From NCBI GenBank assembly GCA_907165135.1, contig OU015567.1, positions 5,270,001 to 5,334,000 of the forward strand: a DNA stretch of 64,000 nucleotides. The letters run 5' to 3'. Of the stretch, positions 23,650-35,300 are shown in pieces. The translations under genes were made by a program, and so were the position numbers. Source of the DNA: Oikopleura dioica (lineage: Eukaryota; Animalia; Chordata). Below the pieces are notes generated by a model, which made no database searches, was not told the DNA's origin, and worked only from the letters and a program-made list of their open reading frames with translations. Position 1 is the first letter of the stretch. Each line of letters starts with the position of its first letter.

Positions 23650-25391
23650 TTATCTCAAAATATCTGAAAAAGCCATTCCTTCAGAGCCGGAAACAGAGGA
23701 AAGCGTCTCAAGAGTGATCGAACCCATCGAGTTCGAGCCCTTTCTCGACGATTCCTCCTTCCAGGGCAGCGCTTTCTCGTCGTAAATCTGCACGTCGCCA
23801 CCGCCGGCAATGTGATTGATGTTGTCAAAAGTGCCGCATTTGGACTTTGCCACTACGGTCAGCTTTTCATCGTAAATCTAAACCGATAAACACCAAAAAA
23901 TGATGAAAAAACTCACCTTGACATCGCCACCTCCAGCGACATGGCCGACATTATCGAATGTCCCGCATCTTGATTTGACTCCGCTCCAGTCCGATCGCCG
24001 AGACTTGATTTTGACATTGCCTCCTTTTGGCGTGTGCTTCGCGTTATCCATGCTCCCGCATTTTGATTTGACATTGGTGAGATCGAGCTTCTGAGTCGCG
24101 ATTTTTACCTTTCCGCCTCCTAGAAAAAAATGGTAAGAAAATCGGCGTCGGGAATCAAGGAAGAAAGAGGAAACGTACGAGGCTGGTGAGAGGCGTTTTG
24201 CAAGCTGCCTATTCTGGAAGAAGCAACGATTTTTAACGGCTCATGGAGAATTTTCTTAGTACCGCCGGCTTTTGAAAGAGTTTAAAATTTGTTTTGCAAA
24301 GCGAAAGGTTAATTTGAGCGAATCAAATGAAGATGAGGATATTTAACGTTTTCTGATTGGTTAATATGAAGAATGGCCGCATCTGATTGGCTGACTAGCC
24401 TCTCAAAGCGCTGAGACTCGTAGGGTGGAATGAGATGAGTTCAACTAACCTGGAGTGTGATTTTTGTTGTCCAAGCTTCCAATTTTCGATTTCGCTTCAA
24501 TCTTGATCTTCTGCGACTGAATCTTGACCTTGCCGCCGCCAGGAGTGTGAGTGACATTGTTCATGCTGCCGACTTTTGACTGGACACCAGCCACGCTCAA
24601 TCTGAAAGCGAAAATGAACGTCATTGAATTAGTGATCAAACTTGAACTTGAACTAAGCCCAACTCGATTCTGCTAATTGTTGATGGCATAATAAATTAGC
24701 GAGCTCTGTAGGCCTCATTTGGCGCGGGTCAATTAATTACCTTTTGGACTCGATCTTGACTTTTCCGCCGCCAGGTGTGTGTGCTGCGTTTGCCAGACTA
24801 CCACAGCGAGACTGAAAATGGGGAGTTAAATGAAGAATATCTATCTCTTAAAACAAGGGAAATATCAACAGTTATCATCTTGAAAATCTCGAATCATGTT
24901 TCCATGGTTACAAACTTGACTGAACTTGTCTTTTATCAGAACTCAGAAACCTGTCTTTTCCTGAGTCAGGGGGTAGACACAGTTCTACTGAAGAGCCGCG
25001 TAGCGGCTTTTTTTAAAGAAGCCGCTTAGCGGCTTTGCTAGAATATAAATACAGATTGAAAGAGTTTTTTGGCGAAGCCGCTACGCGGCTTCGTTTTTTA
25101 AAAAGCCGCTACGCGGCTCTTCCTAGAAGAAAAGTTTTCAAGATGTTGTCTTACCTGGACATTTGCGAAGCTTTTTCTTCTCGATTCAATTTTGACATTT
25201 CCTCCTCCTGGTTTGTGGGAAATGTTGTTGAGCGAGCCAATTTTGGATCTGATCGGTCCAGATCTAGACGTCGTCGAGCCCGATCGGACGGACATGGAAT
25301 CGTTGGACGGATCGTTTGTGGAGATGGAAGATTGCGGGATCATCGACTTTCTCTTCTCCATGCGCAGCATTGCGGATCGATTCATTTTCAA
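23650..25391 (-). CDS. Tau/MAP2/MAP4-family microtubule-associated protein, repeat region (further 5' exons likely up to about 27140)
   Basis: Six GT-AG-joined exons encode eight repeats of S[KR]xG[ST]xxNxxHxxxGG, preceded by a Ser/Arg-rich segment. Confidence 0.92.
24941..25110. mobile_element. Repeat family B: ACCTGAGTCAGG-type ends with internal AAGCCGC-N3-GCGGCTT palindromes
   Basis: Further copies at 51921-52088, 54290-54502 and 58404-58735, a minimal copy at 13288-13350, and single ends at 50382-50412 and 63960-64000. Confidence 0.85.
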
Positions 25392-27236
25392 AGTGCCCTG
25401 CGAGTCATGGTTGCGAATGGGACGAGATACGAGTTAATTCATTTTTCATGAATTGACCGTAAGGGATTATGGCGGCCGAAATGGCGGGTCGATAAGTCAA
25501 AAATCTGACGATTCTGCCTTAAAAAAGCCGCACGCGGCTTGAAATTTTCACAATTTCGAGCCGTTTTTCCCTGGAAATTTAGCGCTAGAATCAATGATTC
25601 GCAACCACTTTCCTTGGCTGATTGAGATCTCGTCGTCGGTCCACTGGATGAGCTTTTCAGCGACGGGATAGATTGATTTTCTTTTTCCGCGTATCCTTCT
25701 GCGATTTTCAGTTTCTCGAATTCCTAAACCAGATTTAATTGATTTCTCTTCTCGCCTCTTTTTTCAACTCATCTAAGGCCCCGGTTGAGTCATGGAAGTC
25801 GTTAAATTAATTACTTTTATAAACAATAAAGACCATTTTTTCTTTTGAGTAAAAACTGAAATCAACAAGGACTTTGACAGATTTCGTACCTCTTCGAAGT
25901 TCATTCTCTTCCTTCCTCCCCTTTTTTCTCTTTTAAAAACGAAGGAGAAGGTCAATAGCTCGGCTAATTGAAAAACCTTTCTCTAGCGATTTATTGTTAC
26001 ATCCCGGGCTGTAAATCAACAGCTCCCTTCTTTTTTCTCCCCTGAGAGTCCTGCTCTGAGGAGAAAAATAAAGCGTTTTCGTTTTGCGCTGGATTCGCTA
26101 ATGAGCCCTGGCAGAATGCTCTCAAGATGTTGACTTTCAGAATCTCCAATTAAGAATAGTCAGCAGAAATAAGTTCTTTATTTTTTGGCCAGATCGGTCG
26201 TTAAATTCAGGAACAAAAGGGCAAAAAATAAATGAAGCTAAAGATTACTCTGAAATTGAAAAAGCTTGGATAATCTGGATGAGCTCAAATTGATAAAAAA
26301 ATGAACCGACATTCTGAAGAAGAAGGTCTTAAAAAAGAATTTTCTTTGAAAATTAAGATGCTGACACCCTTAATTTATAAAATTTAAAATATCAAAGAGG
26401 GCGCCTTAAATTTTATAAAATTAATAAAAATCTTATAAATTTCCTCGTATTTTTTAAGGATTAAAAATTCTAGAATCTTGCTTGTTACAAATTTTCATGC
26501 AAAATAAGGGTCTCTCTTCGTTAATTCTTTAAAAAAGAAAATCTTTTTTTCAATTTGACTTACCGCTTCAAACTGCGAAGGTTCAAGTCCTTTGATGTAG
26601 CTTTCCACCTTCTCCATTCTCGATTGTTGCTTCTTCATTTCTTTTATCAGGGCTTGTTAAATTAATAAAAAACGATCTCTGAAAGACTGCTATTTTTCGC
26701 GCGGCGATATCGGGTTCAGGTTGCCCAAGGCGCTCTCCGACGCCCTGTTTTCTTTTTATACTGTTACGCAAGAGCAGCGCTCAGAGGAATTTACACGAAA
26801 AGGAGGCGATTTTATTGGGTGGCAAAAGCGCGCCAGATTTGAATGAGCGTAAAGAGCGCGAAACGAAAGAATGCGGGAATGCTAGGGGCGGTAGAGGGAA
26901 GAGGAGTCAGGTGACTCGGTGGGAGAGGAGGAGGCCAGCTGGGAGGAGGGAAGGAATTTACAGGGAGCTTTAGCGGGGGATCAAGGTGCATTGACAGATG
27001 GTATCTTGCCTTTTCCAAGTTCTTGAGAATTTTTATTGAAAAATAATGGAAAAATAACAATTTCGTCATAGATTTCACAAAAAAAGCTTTGATATATATC
27101 AATACTTATAAAAATTATGCTTAAAATATGCTTACCTTTTGGTAAAAAGCTTTGGTTTTTGAGCCTTTCCTTTAGTTTTATCGAGTTGCCAGAGATCGAA
27201 AACCGAAAAATAATCTAAAAGCCCCATCTTTTCAGA

Positions 27237-27638
27237 ATGCTTTCCTTCAAAACAACAACCCTTCCCTCCATCCTAGTTCTAGAACTGTGGAAGCGCTGTG
27301 TTATATGCTGGTGAAACTGAAATCAATCGAAATCATTTCGAAAAGAACTTGGTGAGGCGTAAAATCGCTTTCCTTCCATAGTTCTGCGCATTTGTCAATT
27401 TCTCGCCAATACGGTGCTCAGTTGGATATCGGCGGCGCTTGGATTGATAAATTATGAAAATCGGCTTGTCCAATATGCTCGAATTATCGAAAAACTTGAC
27501 AATCATGAAATCAATGAAGACTATTATCGCTTCATCGCCTCTTTATTGGACAAATACGGGAGTCAGCTTCTTCCAGAAGATTTTTATGTACAAAGACCGC
27601 AACTGTCCTTACCTGTATTTACTCTTCTGAAATTCTAA
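27237..27638 (+). CDS. Small uncharacterised gene directly upstream of ferroportin
   Basis: Short exon ending at a GT donor near 27354 and an open last exon 27414-27638; AATAAA at 27760-27765. Confidence 0.35.
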
Positions 27639-27793
27639 GTAAACAAAGTCCCACTTATAAATAAGTACCTCTCGTGCAAATTTTTTTTCTCACAAGAAGG
27701 CATGGTTTTTTAATGATTTTTTTCTAAGATAAAATGAGAAATAACTGAATATAGAGAGAAATAAAAAAAAAACCATGAGAAGATTGCCTTGAA

Positions 27794-27824
27794 CAAGAAT
27801 CTACACCAGAGCGTGTAATTCTTG
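27794..27824 (+). promoter_or_regulatory. Iron-responsive element (IRE) in the ferroportin 5' UTR
   Basis: CAAGAAT-C-TACAC-CAGAGC-GTGTA-ATTCTTG: 7-bp lower stem, unpaired C, 5-bp upper stem and a CAGWGH-type hexaloop, ending 2 nt before the ATG. Confidence 0.88.
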
Positions 27825-27826
27825 CC

Positions 27827-29623
27827 ATGGCAAATCGAAAAGATTCCAAAGTCGAGCCTGATTCAAATGGCGAGCACAGCCCCGAGGGCGAGGCAAATCG
27901 AAAGCGAGCGCAGCGGCTGATTCTGCTGGAGCACCTGTGCAATACATTAGCCGATCGAATGTGGCTCTACGCAGCGGGACTGCTCCTCATCGATACGATA
28001 GCTAAATTGGACGCGAATGTCTCCAGCATCATGACTGCCTCGCTTTACGGCGTCGTCCTTGCCTCGGTCAAGATTTTGTTTGCCCCGTTTATTGGATCGC
28101 TGATTGAATCCAGCAGACGTCTTCATGGGGCGATGACGAGTTTGATCTTTCAAAACACAACTGGTAAGTCTTGAAACCATCCAAATCATCATTTTTTGAA
28201 TTTCAAGTTGCTTTATCCTGCCTGACAATGTTTTGGATCATTTACTCTGATAATGTCGAAATTTCACCTTGGGTAAATAGTATTACCGATGCATTGCCAA
28301 ATTCTAGCAATGACAATTTGATTCAATGACAGGTTGATTTTAGGCTGTGTTCGCCATTGTAACGACATTTTCTTGCTTCGCTATTTTGGCATCTGTTGGT
28401 CTTCAAAATGCTATCAGGGGAGAGCTCTCAAACCTTTGGAAATAGCCAAAGTCAAGCGCTGAGAATTCGATAAAGTCGAGATTGGGTTGTAGAAATCACG
28501 ACGAAAGAAGAACTCACGACGATGAATGCCTGGATGAGATCCATCGGTTAGTTTCGGTTAGTCCTTGTTGATTTCCACTTCTTCTTCTAGATCAAGCGAC
28601 AATGGTCCTTTCTACCGCCCTCTCCGGCTTCTCCATTTCCTTCGATCAAGCTTGGGGAGCCGTAGCTGTCGCAAGCTTCAACATTCTCGCCATGATCATT
28701 CAAGCCATCTGCCTCGTAAAAACTCACAAGCTTATTCCTGCCCTTTCGGAGAAACGAAAAGCAAAGAAGGAAGCGTTAGAGTCAGACTCAGATTCTTGCG
28801 GAGGAAAAATAAAGAAAATCAAAGAAGCGTTCAAAACTTTTTTCGGCGGCTGGGTTCTTTTATTCACATCCAAAGTGGCCATCCCTGGTTTGGCTCTGGC
28901 AACGCTTTACGTCAACATCCTCGGCTTGAGCTTCCCCCTTCAAGGCTACGGTCGAGAAAACTGTCTTTCCGAAGCGACAATTTCCATCATCTACATTGGG
29001 AGCGCCGTATCTGGTTTCCTAGCGCCCATTTCTTTCCCGTTTTTGAAACGAACTCTTGGATTACTCGGAACTGCCTGTGCTGGGGCGATTTGGCAGTTGA
29101 TATTTGTTGGATTGGGAATTTATGGACTGTTTGCCCAAGGATCGCCCTACTTTCTTGCGAATGAGAATGAGTGCCTCGATGATTTAGTCACTGATGAAGA
29201 AATCTTCTCTTCTTATTGGATCCGCTGTCCTCCTGGAGTCAATCTTCCCGAATCATTCATCTCAATTGGAGTGATATTTTCATCGGCAGTCGCTCAGCGC
29301 TGGGGCCTGTGGATCTTCGACATGTCAGTGACTCAAATGTTTCAAGAAAATGTCGATGCGGAGAAGCGGAATCGAACATCGGCGGGGCATTACAGCTTGT
29401 GCTCGGTTTTTGAGTTCTCGATGTATGGATTGGCCTTGGCTTGGGGATCGTCCTGCCTTTTCGGCAACGCGATCTTAGTTTCTTCAGGTATTGTAACTGA
29501 TAACGCGCAGTGAGAATTCCGAAAAATCTAGGGCTCGTGGTTTGCGGATACTCAATGTTTCTGATCTGGGCGCTTTTGACATCAAGGAAGAAAACAAAAC
29601 AGTTTCAATTTACTGAATTTTAA
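27827..29623 (+). CDS. SLC40A1: Ferroportin (iron exporter, SLC40 family)
   Basis: LADRMWLYA, LYGVV...FIGSLIE, RDWVV...MNAWMRSIDQ, LYVNILGLSFPLQGY and RWGLWIFDMSVTQMFQENV match recalled ferroportin motifs (GDRMWHF, RDWIVV..MNATIRRIDQ, RIGLWSFDLTVTQLLQENV). Confidence 0.92.
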
Positions 29624-29759
29624 ACCTCGCTGACGGGTTTTCTTTCAATAAATAAAATTTGATCGACCATTTAGTTCTCTTGAAAACAATCGGTTTAATT
29701 GAACGCATCTGAAAATCATGAAACAAGAAATCAAGCTCTTTGATCGCTATTTTCTGGTT

Positions 29760-32135
29760 CTTCTGACGTTGTCGTTTGTTTCATCTTTATTTGAGTGCAT
29801 TGATAGGGTAACTATCATCATAAAAAACAATTATAAATGATGATGATAAAGAAATGAAATCATACCTGCATTGAAAGCGTGAAAGCAGCAACAAATAAAA
29901 GAACAAAATTCAAAATAAAAAGAATAGTTTTTGTCGCAATAAAATCTGCATAATCTTTCATGGTTGGACGTCGTTGGGTTTCGTTCGATGAAAAAGATAT
30001 ACCGGTATCAATCGTTTCATTTTCAAAAATATCATAGTAGTTGTAATTAAAATCAAGATAACTTGAAGAAACTGCTTTTGTTTGGGATAGAATATTTCCA
30101 AATTTTCTTCCAAAGTCAATCACGTCGCTCACCATGAAAACAAAAAGAAAAGGGATGAAGATCGATGTCTAGTTCTTTCGTTTTTAAAATCATCATTATT
30201 TAAATTTACCGAGATTTGGTAGGGCACTTTTTAAACGGCTGATTCTTCTTGACTTATTGATTTAAAAATTCTTGTTCCAAAAGCAGCCGAAGAAATTCCA
30301 GTTGCAGCAGCGGCAATGTTCAGAACAACTACCGTGACCGTAAGTCCAAAGACAAGAACAGCTCCCAACCAATATGTAACAATGACAGCTTAATTATATG
30401 TTGATTCAAATTCTCAGGGTTGATTGGTCAAAAACCTGAAAGAAGAGCCCAATTGGCGATAATCATCTTGCGAAATTTACCAATTCTCTTAATACTCCCT
30501 TTATGTTGAATCGAACATTTTAAAATAACCTTTATCCAGTCTTCATTAGGTAGATCTTCTATATTCTCACTCATTTTAAGGTTAAATTCTGAAAAAGAAA
30601 ATACAAATGAACAAAGTCGATTAGAAGCTTAGTCTTTTTTTTTTCAAATTAATTCAAGCATAAAATAATTGTCAACTTTTAAAAGAAAATAATACAAAAA
30701 AAAAATCCTAGGAAAAAGATATTTAACCTCTTCCTTGCTTTCACGTTCATCAACTCAAATATCGCGTTTTTCAGAGAGCGAAAAACTTCGAAAACTACTA
30801 CCAACAAATTCCTCTATACGCCGATGATTAGTGAGGGCTTTGTCTGATTATTTATTGTTCGGTAAAGGAGCAAAAGAAAGACGGTTTTTAGCAATCAGTC
30901 TATACTGTGACTGATACAGTGCGTTTCTTGTTGTTGTAGCAACAGCAACCGGCCTGAAAATGTATTTTCTGCGTGTAGAAAAGTTCATACCTGGATACAC
31001 ATTGTCACCGAGGCTCAAATGAAAAGGACGAGGTTTACCATAACCAAAGTGAGTTTTATTGCGAAGAAGCGTTGAAGGACGCCACCACCCCCGAGTGCGA
31101 GACCAATTATTGCAACAAAAATGATATATCCATCAAAGACAATGCTTCCAAAGAGAAGAAAGATGAAGATCGCAGTCTTACACCGTTTAAGAGTCGCGTT
31201 TTTACTTCTATATTCTCTTACCAAAATCTTGAAGACAAGTTGTTTTTGAGCCAAAACTTGTTCACTTGCATTTGAGTGCGACTCGAATTTAATAATTTTT
31301 CTCCCAAAAAATGCAGAAAACAAACCACTAAGAGCAGTTACGATGTCCGGAATCATCAACGTCGGAGCCAGTTCAGAAAGATGAGTTGAATCTACTGACA
31401 GATACACTGACAAAATAAGAGTTGCTTAATTGATCTTTAATACGATTAGTTTTTTATTAACCAAAAACCTAGGATAAAGAGAGATTCGGCGATAATAATT
31501 CGCCGAAAATGAGACATCTTTTTTTTATCTGTATTTGGTGATTCTCTGGAATAATGAACTCAAAGTCACAGGCAGTCAATAATTACGTGAAGGCTAACGA
31601 AAGATGATACCGTGCCGAACAAAGCCTTTCGGTGTAGGAGATATCTAGGAAAGCTTCTTTTCAAGCCTTATGAATCGTGCCATCAATTTGAACACACAAA
31701 TGAATCTCTGGAGAAAAAAATTCCGTTCTCCAGCAAAAAACTAACTCTGCCACGACAAATGATTTGCTCTTCCTTGTTTTCAAGTTCATCAAATAAAAAA
31801 AATCGCGCTTTTCATCTGACCAAAGAGCGTAAATCTTCGATAACTACCACCAACTCTTCGAATTCTCCGATGATTAGCGAGGGTATTGTCTGATAATTTA
31901 TTGTTCGGTAAAGGAGCAAAAGGTCACCTCGCGCTTGATAATAACAACTTAGTATTTTGTCCCTTGCGTTTTTAGTACCACTAAATCGGAGATCCGCTGA
32001 CCAGAGATTTAAAAACTCTCCCAAAAAAACCAGCTGAGAAAAAAGCGTCTTCTTTGTCAAATAAAGAAAACTATTCCCAAACTTCCGGAAGTTTGACTTG
32101 CCAAATCTATCAACAAATTTGCCCTGGATCATCAT
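29760..32135 (-). CDS. Multi-pass membrane protein, possibly MFS-like and possibly partly decayed
   Basis: Hydrophobic segments at 31015-31413 and 29860-30135, and GKFVDRFG resembling MFS motif A. A continuous reading frame could not be assembled. Confidence 0.35.
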
Positions 32136-32320
32136 AAAAAAATTCCTGAAAGAAATTCACCCTAATTCCCTCAAAAAGACATTTTTCAAAGTTTTTTTCG
32201 GAAATTTTTTGTCCAAAAATGAACTGAAAACTGGAAAATGATGAATTTCGCCGCGGAGATTTCGGAGTCTTGTTTGCTTGGGATTATTCATTAACGAGAA
32301 AAAAGCCCAGTTTCTGAAAC

Positions 32321-35300
32321 ATGAATCCTAGGTCAGTCCAAAAGTGAGAAGAAAAATTGAATCAATTCAAAAAATTTTTTATTTGAAACTTTATTTAAAA
32401 TTGAATAATCATAAAATAACAAATCAAAAGGCGCCAGAGCTCTGCTATTTACGGAATACGCTCGGGAACGGGTACACCTTCACACAAAAAAGAGAGAAAC
32501 AGCGAATTGAATCAATATGTAGACACGAATAATAAGACTCGTCGGAATTAGAGATTTTAATTTGATTGAATAGAGGTCACCCGAAAGAAGGGAGCGTCAA
32601 GGAACGCCTGGAGAAATTTCAACAACAGGTAATTTTAACATGCTTTCAAAAAAAGGGTTAGGGTTAAGTTTAACCTCAGAATTTTCCTTGAAACTAAAGA
32701 AGTACCACCCTTATTTTGTTTAATTAGAATAGTTTCAAATTGAAGGCCCGAATTTTCAAAAAAAAAAAAATGTTTCGCAAAATTATTCATTTATGAATTT
32801 TAAGCAGGAAGATTAAGGGTATCACTATGTTAAATAATATATTATGTATTAATAATTCCGGATAACCTAACCCTAGCGATTAAGTTCGTTGATTTAACAC
32901 AGTGATACCCTTAATTTTCTTGCTTGAAATTCATAAATTTATAATTTTGTGAAAACTTTTTTTTTGAAAATTTTGACCTCGAATTTGAAACTATTCTCCT
33001 CGTTAAACACAATAAGGGTGTCACTACCTTATTTTTTTCCAAAGAAAATTCAGAGGAAATAGAAAGCGGATTTTATTGTGACCCTGGTATGTTTTTGATA
33101 CGAGCCGAATATCAAGCATAAATCGTAAATTTGCAACTGCGTAAAAGACTCGCTGAAATCAGCAGGGCCTGGCAAATACAGATTCACTGCGTTTTAAATA
33201 TTGGCTCATGTTCTTCACCTGCGCACTCTTGAGAATTAAACCACTTCTTTACGCAGCCACATAAATTCCAGCGAAAATCTTGGTTTGATAAAGTCACGTG
33301 ACCTTTTATTCCAAAAAAATGCTTTTCCTAAAAAGCTGGTTCAATTGACTAAAATTAAAGGAAATCACTGTATATCAGTATATGCGTGTTTTAAATCCAG
33401 TACGATGGGCAGATCAGCTATTGATCGGGCCTGTTTTATAATGTTAAACTTGAAATGGCCTTCAGATCGATGGCAATCAGAATGTAAGAGCAAATTCGCG
33501 AAATTCAATGGTCCTTGAGTTTACGAAAAATCGATTTGGTTCAAGGAATCAGGTTTTTTTCTTAAAAAAAATTGCCGAAAATTTCCATTTTTTTTTTTTG
33601 TTTTCAAAACCGAAAAAAAAGGAGAAGACCGAGAAATGATGAAGATGATGAAATGTCAAGAGAAGATGAAGGAATTGGTCGAAGAATAAATTAAATATTA
33701 AATTTTTTTAATAAATTTTCATACATTTTTTTCTCTCTAAGAGGTCGAATTATATTTATGCATAATTCGCGGTTTCCGTCGGAAAAACGCATGACTGCTC
33801 CAGTAAATCATAATTTTATGAATCATCATCTGCTTCATAAAATACATTTTCCCTCGACCAGGAAAAAGAGCGGGCAAGAATCGTCATTGAAGGCCGAGGC
33901 CGTCGAAATTCCTCAGTCCCCGGATCAGGTAAATTTTTTCGAAGAAAAAAGGGCGAGAGAGATTTCAGAAGCATCGAGTTCCTCCAACTTCCGATCAGTT
34001 TTGCCAGCAGCAATCGACGAAGAATCGGCTCAGCCCGTGACGAGCTCGAGCTCCTCCTTGTCTTCGTCCAAGTCCAGCCAAATCAATCGCTCCAGGCAAG
34101 TGAGTGAGCAAAAATCCGAGTCCAACGACAGTAGCGAGACTGAAGATACAGAAGAAACGGTCAAGGAGCCGGACCAAATGGTTCGTCAAAAAAAAATGTT
34201 CGTCTAATATTTTGTCATTAGAAAGATGATGATTTGGACTCGCTAATTTCATCGCTGGGTTCATTTTCAGGGATAAGACGAAGACCGGTCAGAACGAAAT
34301 TGGTGAAACCAGAACCAGAAATTCTAGGGCCGGGTTCACATAACATAATATAACTTCGAGAAATGACGTAGCTTGTGTATAATTTTTGATTACTTCATAC
34401 TTTTTTTTTGCGAAAGCTATCTTCGATCCCCACGAGACGCGGGATTAAATATAAACTCGCAGGAGTATTGCAAAACTCGAGTAGTTGCCCCTAAATTAGT
34501 TCAGTAGAGATGAGCACCGCATGTTTACCCGAAGTAAAAGAGACTGTTATCGTCGAAAAGGTCTACCAAACTCCTTCCGTTGTGCAAAAGGTAACGATTG
34601 ATTTAAAAGCACTGAACTTTTTTACTTTGAAAATTGCTCGTAAAAAAGCTTTAACGATGCAAAATCAAAGTCACTTTGAAAAGTTTTCATGCATGTCATT
34701 TTTTCAGATCAGCGAGAGAAGGAGACAAGGCGATCGCAACATTACGGGGATTTCTGACGGTAAGAATCGAGTTACTGTATTGATAGGTTCTAAGGAAATT
34801 TAGATACAGGGTATAATGGCTCGAGACCAAACTCCCAGCCGAATTTTCAAAGTGATTCTACAGATGATGGGTCTAGTTCGGACTGCTCTCTTCAGGAAAA
34901 GGACCAATCAGAAGCCTCTTTTTGGCTGGGCGACAAATCAGAAGCCGCCCACGCAAATTTCGTCGGAGCCATTTTGTCGCTTCTTATTGATCCTTGTCAA
35001 AAGATAGCAGATGAGCGAGAGTCAATATCGTCCGCTGGAACCTTTTTATACGAAGACCCTCTCTCCAAACCCTCCGTTGCCTCCCTCCCTCCTCTCCCCG
35101 TCGGTCCGTCCGGTCGTCGGGCCAGAGGGAAGCAATGGAGCTCCGAGCCAAATCCTGATTCCATCCTGGAAACCATCAACCCCTCCACTTATCGTTCCTC
35201 TTCGAACGACTCCGTCAGTTCAGAAAAGAACCCAAACGAACCGAGAAGTAAAAGAAAAGGCTACGCAATTAGGCCGAGACCGGACGAACTCGATCTTGCC

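Noticed and set aside
25035-25451. 138-aa plus-strand ORF
   Set aside because: Antisense to a Tau exon and running through a family B repeat.
26583-27102. Pro-rich and charged minus-strand ORFs as Tau N-terminal exons
   Set aside because: Plausible, but I could not join them to the repeat exons with confidence; left outside the call.
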